DNA of 64,000 nucleotides from Eledone cirrhosa (Eukaryota). The position numbers were made by a program, and so were the translations under genes. Positions 11,208 to 23,075 of this stretch are shown here, one piece after another (positions within the stretch are counted from its first letter, which is position 1; the number at the start of each line of letters is the position of its first letter). The stretch spans positions 21,142,001-21,206,000 of the forward strand of contig OZ024743.1 of the NCBI GenBank assembly GCA_964016885.1, read 5' to 3'. The notes beneath the pieces were generated by a model. The model was not told the DNA's origin. It searched no databases and saw only the letters and a list, made by a program, of their open reading frames with translations.

Positions 11208-14200
11208 GTTTTAGTTGTCCACGAAGTCGGCAGCAGACGCAGACACACTCTCGATCCTAGCTCACTTAATCCATCGGGACATCCAGGATGTCAACTTCGG
11301 AAGAAGAGAGGGCTGCACCAACACTGAGCTGGTACTTATTTTTATCGACTCCGAAAGGACGAAAAGCAAAGTGGACTTCAACGGAATTTGAACATAGAAC
11401 GTAGAGACCCTGAACAACTAACCAACGCTGGTAACTCGACCAATTTACTCCAAATGAATATATATATATATATCGGCGACGGGTTGGTAGAACCACTGTG
11501 TTCAGCGTTCTATATAATGACATTCACTTCTTTTGAATATATCTATGATATTCACTAGTACACGGCGGCATGGAAGCGACACTTGGGGTCTTGCTGTATA
11601 TATTTGGAGTATGTGGTGGACTGGGGATACGATGTCAATGGCTTCCTTGAGCAACACACTTGCTACGCCACTGATATTCCAGTAGCGTAGTTAAAACGGG
11701 TGAGGGTGGTGAGCGCTCCACCCCACGCGACACTTTTATAGAAGAAGCACTTATGAATCTATTGTAAATATTTAATTATGTGGCGAGGAAACTCAAGGAG
11801 TGCTCCGCTATTAATTCCCGCGTTTTTTTTTTTATATATAAAACATGAAACTTTTGTGTGTCATTATCTTGATATTGAAAATTTCACTTTGCCTTTCATC
11901 CTTACGAGGTCGATAACATAAAGTACCAGTAATGCACTGGGATAATTGCTGTCCTTGTGCCAAAAGTAGAAACCATTATTACTATTTTCTATCATTGAAA
12001 AGTATCGCCAGGAGGCGATTCGTTGTGATATTGTTGAATTCAGGATCACTTGGGATGGTAGAACATCATCACTATAAGCTTATAGAACGCTCGTAAGCTT
12101 TTCCTTATTCATATGTACATTGGCCATAATACTTACCTAAAAACATATATATCACGATTCATACAGGAAACATTTATCACACTAATGTAGGTTTTTGAGA
12201 GAGGCGCGGAATGTAAAAGTAAGACTCAAAATGCATATGCAGACGTACAGGGAAAAAACAAAATATCTGCTTTCAGTTGCGGCAATATCTCCGTCGAAGT
12301 GTTGCTTTCCATCTCAGTTTTCGTATATTTTCCATTTTATCGGTGTTAATCGATATATGTATATTTTTTTTGCGTAGTTTATCGCTTACAAGTCCCTCAT
12401 TTTGTATCTTCACCCGATAAAAAGATAAAGATCGTCAGTTTTAAGAGTTTTGCTTCTACAGCCTATAGGTGCATTCCATGCCTATGCTTTGAAACCTAAA
12501 CTGGCGTGATAAATGTTTCGTATATGAATCAAAATAAATTAGCTCTCTGTCATTATATAGAATGCTCTTTTCCTTCCTACGTACCTTCTCGATTCATACA
12601 TATACACATAGGCCATAGTACCTAACTCTAAATACAAGGCGTGACAATGTTCAGTGAAGTGTTCAGTGCCAGATTATACTATGTACTCTGCACTAAATGC
12701 TTTATTTCTATAATACCACAATACACCTAGCATTTACGAACTTACTTAAGGTAGCATAAGTGGAGAGTATGGGTGCAGTCCGTTTCTCCCCAGAATGTTG
12801 TGTCTGTTGTATATATTTGAGTGTGTGGACAGATTAGAAGGTTGCATTGGGCGGTACACACATTCAATGCCATTTAAATTCTTTCAAACTATCAAATTAC
12901 ATTTAAGATTTTGAACGTGTTTTCTTCTCTATTGAAATAATATAATACCTTACAAGTATACTAAACCCAATATGAATAATATTTCCTGCCATAAGCAAAT
13001 TGCGTTCTATTTCTACCTGAATATTGAAATTAATGCAATAAAAAGTTATTGGTGCAGAACAAAACATAAACCTCGCATGGAGATCCACTCATGAAAAAGA
13101 AAACGAGGGTGATTGCTTGGACGCACGCACCTTCACACAGACAGACAGAATCACTACATTGAGAGACGCCCAAACAAATTATACTCAAATATCTTATATA
13201 GGCCACAATCTAAATAATTCTAGAAGCTTTCTTTTTATGATAAAATGATATAAAGCACCACGATATTTGCCAAGTAGAGTTAACCATGTCTCTGAAATCA
13301 CAATGCAGTGACTGCCAGGGGTGGATTAAGCTTGCACAGGACCCTTGTTTGTTGCTTATACTTTCTTATGTGCGTTCACACTTCACTCGATCAAACACTA
13401 CGTTTTCGTATAAATTCGTTGGAGATTCACTAACTGTGACTGATTTTGTTTATAATAATCTTGTTCTTGCAATATCGTGATGTATCTGGCTGTAATTTGT
13501 TTGCAAAACTAATAATTATTTCTAACATTGGCACAAGGCTATCAATTTAGGGGGAAGGGAAAGGCGATTATACCAATCTGAGTACTTTACTGGTACTTTA
13601 TTTTATCGACTGCGAACAGATGAAAAGGCTAAGTTGATCTCGGCGAGATTTAAAATCAGAATGTAGAGATCAGTAAGGAAATACTGCAATGAATTTCAGC
13701 CGACGCTTGAACTATTCAGAAGCAAAAAGTAAGTTAGACTGAAGATACTGAAGTTTATATGTTTAAGCTTTAGTAATACTTGTGTTAGACATTTATTCAG
13801 AGTAGTAACACATAGTATACTATTAAAATAAGTACCAAACTCATCACGTGTTGTCTTTCAATTGTATTTGGTATTTTATCATTGGGCATCTTTCAGTTTT
13901 GTAGTTTACATCATGGCATCAACTGTGTGTAATAGTCTAAAGAAGTTTGAGTCTATTGTTTAATCGAAATCTAGAATTTACAAGGAATTTACTGTTCTTT
14001 CAGTTGTGTTGTTATGTTAAGAAGCACCGGTGTTTGACGTATTAAGAATAAACTCACGGCATATAAATTCTAAAACATCCTCTATGATAAATTCATTGAT
14101 GTCATAGAAATCAACAGAAATCTATGTCCAACAATATTATCAACATTTTAGAGACTAAGCCAACTCATTATCAGTTAAACATGAACACATTATGAGTTAA

Positions 14201-14886
14201 TCACTTACCTTTAATAAATGTTACTGAATCTAATCCATTCGTGATTATTGATCTTGTTGTTTCTTGTCCACATAGTTTTAGAATTTATTGTTTTCTTCCT
14301 TCGTGTTACAAGGTCGGCTGGCACATTACAATAAATGCAGTGAGTTATTGAAGCATATTTTGTTCGCTTTCAAATTTGACTGGTCGTGTTTCGTTTTGTA
14401 TAGAGAAGGCTAGAAGCCCCTCATATTTGCAGGTTTCAAATATGTCTTGAATTTGTGATCAGGTGATGATTGTTTGCTGTATCTCAACAATTCATTTTGA
14501 TGTTAAACTTTGTGTAGGGAAAAAGAATATCATGAAGGCAGGGTTTGGCAAGCACCAACAGAGAATTATATGGAATGGCTTAGAATGGAATCCATCATTG
14601 GTAGAGTGTATTGTTTTGAAACATTTGTCTTTGAGGCCACTGTTTTAAGGCAAACAAAATTGTTGCGACGGTTAATATGTCTAAATTAATCGCTTTCCAC
14701 ACTTTATATGCTTGAATAAAGAGAGAGCATCGTCGATACCAAATCATCTTTCCCCAATAAAAAAAAAGAGAGAAAAAGAATGAATTGCTGCAAGGAGTTT
14801 TGGAATGTTTGTCAGAACAAAAGGAAATATGTTATTTATTATATTGTAACTAGAGATGAAACCGTTCTTGTATTATGTCCCTCTAT
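11116..14886. repeat. Tandem segmental duplication, copy 1 (carries a 1117-bp deletion)
   Basis: Identical ORF translations recur at offsets 3771 and then 4888; junction ...ccctctat|acaatttgtcgc at 14886/14887. Confidence 0.95.
13515..13720 (-). mobile_element. SINE family B (duplicate at ~18403-18608)
   Basis: ggcacaaggc...ctggtactttattttatcgac...ctcggcgagattt. Confidence 0.75.
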
Positions 14887-17800
14887 ACAATTTGTCGCTG
14901 ACATAGGACATCTGGACATATAAAGAGCCCCATTATCTTAAATAGCTTAGGGCCTCATCAAATCTAAATCCGGCCCTGGTTTTAGTTGTCCACGAAGTCG
15001 GCAGCAGACGCAGACACACTCTCGATCCTAGCTCACTTAATCCATCGGGACATCCAGGATGTCAACTTCGGAAGAAGAGAGGGCTGCACCAACACTGAGC
15101 TGGTACTTATTTTTATCGACTCCGAAAGGACGAAAAGCAAAGTGGACTTCAACGGAATTTGAACATAGAACGTAGAGACCCTGAACAACTAACCAACGCT
15201 GGTAACTCGACCAATTTACTCCAAATGAATATATATATATATATCGGCGACGGGTTGGTAGAACCACTGTGTTCAGCGTTCTATATAATGACATTCACTT
15301 CTTTTGAATATATCTATGATATTCACTAGTACACGGCGGCATGGAAGCGACACTTGGGGTCTTGCTGTATATATTTGGAGTATGTGGTGGACTGGGGATA
15401 CGATGTCAATGGCTTCCTTGAGCAACACACTTGCTACGCCACTGATATTCCAGTAGCGTAGTTAAAACGGGTGAGGGTGGTGAGCGCTCCACCCCACGCG
15501 ACACTTTTATAGAAGAAGCACTTATGAATCTATTGTAAATATTTAATTATGTGGCGAGGAAACTCAAGGAGTGCTCCGCTATTAATTCCCGCGTTTTTTT
15601 TTTTATATATAAAACATGAAACTTTTGTGTGTCATTATCTTGATATTGAAAATTTCACTTCATATCATGTGCACATTTTATTGTGACCGTTTATAGCTTG
15701 TCACATCATCACCGATCTATTGATCAGCAAAGAATGTGAATAACACCATCGTAACTGATATCGAAATTATTTTTAATTTTCGTTCCAATTTACAGTTCTC
15801 TACAATCTCAAAACGAATAACACTTTAGACGTATCTATTTTTTGTGTTTAAATATATTACACTAAGCCAAGTCACTTAAAAAAAAACACATAAATAATGA
15901 AAACAAAATCTAAACAGCTTAAAAGAGAAACAGAGTTTTCTAAATACATTTATTGGGGTGGTGGAGGGTTAGGCAGAGATATCTCAACATAATATATTTT
16001 ATTTTATTGAAGTGCTTGAAACATTTCCTTTATGGGGCTATTAAAACAATACTCATAGGTACAGGGATCCTTTAAAAGTAAGTTAACCACCACTAATAGA
16101 ATTGTACTGGAAAGGGAAGTTACGTGGACTTATTTTTATCACCTATAAATCATATGCTTATCTAAGAAATTATTATATATTACAATTTTGTAGAATAGCA
16201 TATTTGTTATAGTTATTATTACTATTTCCTAGGTGGATTGGTAGAATCAGTAGAGCGTCGGGGACAAATGCAAACTTTTATGTTCTGAGTTCAAATCCTA
16301 CCGAAGTCAACTTTGCATTTGATCCTCACGAGGTCGATAAAATAAAGTACCAGTTACGTACTAGGGCTGATGTAATCGACTTTTCCCTTAGTTTCCATAT
16401 TGCTGGCCTTGTATCACTGTTAGAAATAATTATTACTATTTCCTATAGGGGGGTGCTTTGACGGAATCGTTATATTGACAGAATCGTTATAATGTCGGAC
16501 AAAATGTTTTGCGGTATTTAGTTTCGGTCCTTTATGTTCTGTTTTCAAATCCCGCCGAGGTCAACTTTGTCTTTAAAGGTCTATAAAATAAAGTACCAGT
16601 TACATACTGGGGGCTGATGTTATCGACTTGCCCCTCCCCACACATTGCTCGCTTTGTGTCTAAATTAGAAACTAGGAGGGTGGATTGGCAGTATCGGTAG
16701 AGGGTCTGACGCCATGCTTTGCAGAATAGAGTTACGGCCCTTTATGATCTGTGTTCAAATCCCGCCGAGGCTAATTTTGCCTTTCATCCTTACGAGGTCG
16801 ATAAAATAAAGTACCAGTAATGCACTGGGATAATTGCTGTCCTTGTGCCAAAAGTAGAAACCATTATTACTATTTTCTATCATTGAAAAGTATCGCCAGG
16901 AGGCGATTCGTTGTGATATTGTTGAATTCAGGATCACTTGGGATGGTAGAACATCATCACTATAAGCTTATAGAACGCTCGTAAGCTTTTCCTTATTCAT
17001 ATGTACATTGGCCATAATACTTACCTAAAAACATATATATCACGATTCATACAGGAAACATTTATCACACTAATGTAGGTTTTTGAGAGAGGCGCGGAAT
17101 GTAAAAGTAAGACTCAAAATGCATATGCAGACGTACAGGGAAAAAACAAAATATCTGCTTTCAGTTGCGGCAATATCTCCGTCGAAGTGTTGCTTTCCAT
17201 CTCAGTTTTCGTATATTTTCCATTTTATCGGTGTTAATCGATATATGTATATTTTTTTTGCGTAGTTTATCGCTTACAAGTCCCTCATTTTGTATCTTCA
17301 CCCGATAAAAAGATAAAGATCGTCAGTTTTAAGAGTTTTGCTTCTACAGCCTATAGGTGCATTCCATGCCTATGCTTTGAAACCTAAACTGGCGTGATAA
17401 ATGTTTCGTATATGAATCAAAATAAATTAGCTCTCTGTCATTATATAGAATGCTCTTTTCCTTCCTACGTACCTTCTCGATTCATACATATACACATAGG
17501 CCATAGTACCTAACTCTAAATACAAGGCGTGACAATGTTCAGTGAAGTGTTCAGTGCCAGATTATACTATGTACTCTGCACTAAATGCTTTATTTCTATA
17601 ATACCACAATACACCTAGCATTTACGAACTTACTTAAGGTAGCATAGGTGGAGAGTATGGGTGCAGTCCGTTTCTCCCCAGAATGTTGTGTCTGTTGTAT
17701 ATATTTGAGTGTGTGGACAGATTAGAAGGTTGCATTGGGCGGTACACACATTCAATGCCATTTAAATTCTTTCAAACTATCAAATTACATTTAAGATTTT

Positions 17801-19774
17801 GAACGTGTTTTCTTCTCTATTGAAATAATATAATACCTTACAAGTATACTAAACCCAATATGAATAATATTTCCTGCCATAAGCAAATTGCGTTCTATTT
17901 CTACCTGAATATTGAAATTAATGCAATAAAAAGTTATTGGTGCAGAACAAAACATAAACCTCGCATGGAGATCCACTCATGAAAAAGAAAACGAGGGTGA
18001 TTGCTTGGACGCACGCACCTTCACACAGACAGACAGAATCACTACATTGAGAGACGCCCAAACAAATTATACTCAAATATCTTATATAGGCCACAATCTA
18101 AATAATTCTAGAAGCTTTCTTTTTATGATAAAATGATATAAAGCACCACGATATTTGCCAAGTAGAGTTAACCATGTCTCTGAAATCACAATGCAGTGAC
18201 TGCCAGGGGTGGATTAAGCTTGCACAGGACCCTTGTTTGTTGCTTATACTTTCTTATGTGCGTTCACACTTCACTCGATCAAACACTACGTTTTCGTATA
18301 AATTCGTTGGAGATTCACTAACTGTGACTGATTTTGTTTATAATAATCTTGTTCTTGCAATATCGTGATGTATCTGGCTGTAATTTGTTTGCAAAACTAA
18401 TAATTATTTCTAACATTGGCACAAGGCTATCAATTTAGGGGGAAGGGAAAGGCGATTATACCAATCTGAGTACTTTACTGGTACTTTATTTTATCGACTG
18501 CGAACAGATGAAAAGGCTAAGTTGATCTCGGCGAGATTTAAAATCAGAATGTAGAGATCAGTAAGGAAATACTGCAATGAATTTCAGCCGACGCTTGAAC
18601 TATTCAGAAGCAAAAAGTAAGTTAGACTGAAGATACTGAAGTTTATATGTTTAAGCTTTAGTAATACTTGTGTTAGACATTTATTCAGAGTAGTAACACA
18701 TAGTATACTATTAAAATAAGTACCAAACTCATCACGTGTTGTCTTTCAATTGTATTTGGTATTTTATCATTGGGCATCTTTCAGTTTTGTAGTTTACATC
18801 ATGGCATCAACTGTGTGTAATAGTCTAAAGAAGTTTGAGTCTATTGTTTAATCGAAATCTAGAATTTACAAGGAATTTACTGTTCTTTCAGTTGTGTTGT
18901 TATGTTAAGAAGCACCGGTGTTTGACGTATTAAGAATAAACTCACGGCATATAAATTCTAAAACATCCTCTATGATAAATTCATTGATGTCATAGAAATC
19001 AACAGAAATCTATGTCCAACAATATTATCAACATTTTAGAGACTAAGCCAACTCATTATCAGTTAAACATGAACACATTATGAGTTAATCACTTACCTTT
19101 AATAAATGTTACTGAATCTAATCCATTCGTGATTATTGATCTTGTTGTTTCTTGTCCACATAGTTTTAGAATTTATTGTTTTCTTCCTTCGTGTTACAAG
19201 GTCGGCTGGCACATTACAATAAATGCAGTGAGTTATTGAAGCATATTTTGTTCGCTTTCAAATTTGACTGGTCGTGTTTCGTTTTGTATAGAGAAGGCTA
19301 GAAGCCCCTCATATTTGCAGGTTTCAAATATGTCTTGAATTTGTGATCAGGTGATGATTGTTTGCTGTATCTCAACAATTCATTTTGATGTTAAACTTTG
19401 TGTAGGGAAAAAGAATATCATGAAGGCAGGGTTTGGCAAGCACCAACAGAGAATTATATGGAATGGCTTAGAATGGAATCCATCATTGGTAGAGTGTATT
19501 GTTTTGAAACATTTGTCTTTGAGGCCACTGTTTTAAGGCAAACAAAATTGTTGCGACGGTTAATATGTCTAAATTAATCGCTTTCCACACTTTATATGCT
19601 TGAATAAAGAGAGAGCATCGTCGATACCAAATCATCTTTCCCCAATAAAAAAAAAGAGAGAAAAAGAATGAATTGCTGCAAGGAGTTTTGGAATGTTTGT
19701 CAGAACAAAAGGAAATATGTTATTTATTATATTGTAACTAGAGATGAAACCGTTCTTGTATTATGTCCCTCTAT
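14887..19774. repeat. Tandem segmental duplication, copy 2 (complete)
   Basis: Near-identical to copy 1; the extra ~15661-16777 segment contains the intact SINE head missing from copy 1. Confidence 0.95.
16232..16862 (+). mobile_element. Array of three head-to-tail SINE B copies
   Basis: Heads near 16232, 16447 and 16676; attattactatt(t)cta recurs at 16215, 16429 and 16863. Confidence 0.85.
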
Positions 19775-20529
19775 ATGAAAGAGAATCCCTTCTTAGAAAA
19801 GCCAATCTCTCAACAGCGACCAAAAACGTTATGGCAACTATTTGGGGCGAAATAGGCAATTTTGGAATGCGGCTTCACAAAATCAGACACTCTTCCTCCG
19901 TGAAACCCCAATTTAGTCCCCATTTGACATTTTCTATTTTCAAAATTCAAATCTGAACTGAGAGGGAAAAATTTTCAAATGATGATAAAATGAAAGCTGC
20001 TGTTTTTTTAGCATTTTCAGTCGAAAAACAATGTCTACATATAATAGAGATTTCAAGTGCTAATTCAATGATGTCATAAATGTATTCAGATAGAAATTCT
20101 TTTTCAGTTCTTTTATTTTTCTAATTAAACCAAGGACTATTACACCATTCCCTTCGTTGCACATTTTACTATGCCTTTTGTATTAATTCGGCCTTAAGTT
20201 TATTGTATACTTATTTCTAGTACTATAGTTATATATTTATCTATTTTTTGTTGAAAGACACAAATTTTCCTGTCTATTTTTTGCTATGATATCGTCTTAC
20301 AAGCATCTTTACCAATAGTGTGGTTTTCCAATTTGTTTTGTAACCTGGTATTATTAGTAGAATGCCAGTTTAATGTGTAAAATTACACGCCAGCAGGTGA
20401 CAAACGCGGTAATTACCCCTTCCTCTTATGTGACTGTTTTTCTATGTGTATATATAATAGACGGCAGAACCGCCCTATTGGTAGGATGCGGTGACAATGT
20501 TATAAAAGCTCGTCTAACAACACTAGTGG

Positions 20530-20750
20530 TCAAAGCACCGATGCTATCGGTAGAACGTCGAACAACATGCTTCGCGGCATAGAGTTACGGCCCTTTATAT
20601 TCTGAGGTCAAATCCCGCCGAGGTTAGCTTTACTTTTCATCGTTACGGGGTCAATAAAATAAAGCACCAGTAATGCACTGGGTTGATTTAATCGACGTTC
20701 CCCTTTCCTTCAAATTGTTGGCCTTGTGCCAAATATAGAAACAATTATTA
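20530..20750 (+). mobile_element. SINE family B
   Basis: atcggtaga...gagttacggccctttat...ggccttgtgccaaatatagaaacaattatta. Confidence 0.8.
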
Positions 20751-21414
20751 GCTGTTTCTACTATTTATTCCACTTATGTTTCCTCTTCTCTTAATTCTTC
20801 TTTTCCTCCTCCTTACCCATTAGTACTACTACTACTACTATTTCATCATCATCATCATCGTCTCCCTTTTCTTTCTGTTCTCCTTACCCTTTACCCCTCT
20901 CTCCACTTTTCTCAATACCCCAAAAACGAAATCTATTCATATCGAACCTGACCAAGTTGATCTGAAAACCCTGATGATTTCACATGAATGAAACAGTTCT
21001 AGCCACACAGACATTTCTATACACAATAAATATGTATCTTATCTACTAATATATTGAGTACCTAACATAACTGCGGGTTCCTTCAGAAAACCATCCTTCA
21101 TAACATTCCTTTTAATGCGTTATTTACCGGACAAACACACTGAAGGTCCGAATGCCAATTCCGGGTTGTTGTGCAACTGACTGTTGGAATATGTACTTAT
21201 TTACGCAACTGATACTAACAGTTTGGTGTCGGTGAAACCGGCGGTGGTTTGGGTATATATCAATATTTTTTATATTCGTTTTTTTAATTTTATTGATAAC
21301 CCAATTGATTTTGTTCGATTAGTCCTGTAGAAACCATTTCTATATTAAATATTTATACTCTTCTATGTATTGAGTACCTTACTTACTGTGGTTACCCCCG
21401 ATTGAACCCGGGAT

Positions 21415-21539
<125 letters not shown>

Positions 21540-21642
21540 TATACACACACATACAAGGTGGTTTGTACCTCGGATCAATTACCAGTAAGTAATACTTATT
21601 GCAAAAATGCGACGAACTCGTTTTGGACTATAACGATTTTTC

Positions 21643-21745
21643 TCTTTCTGGAGAAATGCAATAATTTATTACGCAATGCATACTAGCATGGGATTTTGCA
21701 GTCAGCGCATGTAAACCGTTATTGTACAGAAACATATGTTAAAGA
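21643..21745 (+). ncRNA. Degenerate type I hammerhead ribozyme-like motif (A6G core)
   Basis: Stem I tcttt/aaaga, core CTGGAGA, long stem II tgcaataa/ttattgta, GAAA, palindromic stem III catatg, GTT site. Confidence 0.5.
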
Positions 21746-21821
21746 ATGAACTCCTTCTGACCAATTCTTCCTGTCTAGTTATTCCCGTTTTATTTTCTGG
21801 TACCATACTTATTAAACACAC

Positions 21822-21909
<88 letters not shown>

Positions 21910-21916
21910 TATATAT

Positions 21917-21980
21917 ATAGGAAAAGAGTCAGGACCCCGACGGCAGAGCTCAGCCGTCGGGGTGCTGACTCTTTTCCTAT
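21917..21980. repeat. Near-perfect fold-back hairpin at a (TA)n boundary
   Basis: ataggaaaagagtcaggaccccgacggc / gccgtcggggtgctgactcttttcctat. Confidence 0.85.
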
Positions 21981-22063
21981 TACCCACTTTACTACCCTAA
22001 GTATCGAGTGCTCTGGTGCGTTATGGTCCACCTGCTTTATTACCACTCTTTCTTTATATATAT

Positions 22064-23071
22064 ACTAGCATTAAAGCCCGGCGTTGCTCGGGGTCAGTAA
22101 GTTACCAAAGTTAGGTTGCACCACCCGTTTTATGGCAGCACTTTTTTGTCTGCCAGGCATTGTCTGCCAGGCATTGTCTGCCAGAATTGCAGACCTGGAC
22201 TGCCGAAGCAGGAGCTGCGCCAGCAGTGACAACTGTAGTTTTGCCTATGGATATTATCTCTGTGCAAAGAAGTGTTGAAATTTATTGTTTCACAGTACTT
22301 GCGCAACACGCGCGTAGACGATGCCAGCCGAACAACAGAGCTGCGATGGAGTTGTTCTGCATGGTTGTCTAATGTGTGTTTTCTAAATTTAAGACAGTAG
22401 GGAGGGGTGTGATATGGGGGAGAGTTAGCTGCTGTTTCTAGCAGGTTTAGTGACCTCATAGAGGATATGTTTTCTAAATTTAAGACAGTAGGGAGTGGTG
22501 TGATATGGGAGAGAGTTAGCTGCTGTTTCTAGTAGGTTTAGTGACCACATAGAGGATATTATTGTGTATAGTAAATGAACTGATACTTCTTTCTTCCACG
22601 TTCATTGATAGATGTTTTAAAAAAGATTTATCGCTATTTTTTTGTTGTTGAATAAATTTATCTGTTGCTTTTGAATAAGTGTTGTTTCGTATGAAATGTA
22701 ATAAGTTCTCTTTGTCATTGAAGTAAATAAATGTTTGACCGTTCCACACTCAAAAACAAACGTTCTCGCTCTCTCTCTCCCTCTCACTCTCTCTCTCTCT
22801 CTCTCTCTCTCTTAAAGTTTAAGGGGAGTAGAAAGAGATAATCTGATTGTATTAGAGGGGTAAAGCGTCATGTATTTAGTTTTATCGATTATTTCCATAA
22901 TTGTGGGGAATGTGAATGAAATAAATAGTCGTTGACCTGAATTAGACCATTTACAACATTCTTACAGACATTGAGTCGAATCGGTTTGAAATTGTGCAAA
23001 TGTAAAAACATGGAACATGCACACACACACACAACAACAACAACAACAATCTGCCTTTTATAGATAATGAT
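22064..23071 (+). mobile_element. Non-autonomous Helitron/Helentron (HINE/DINE-like) element
   Basis: 5' actagcattaaagcccggcgttgctcggg hairpin; 3' gaatcggtttg...(CA)n...cttttatagataatgat; internal captured repeats. Confidence 0.55.
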
Positions 23072-23075
23072 ATAT

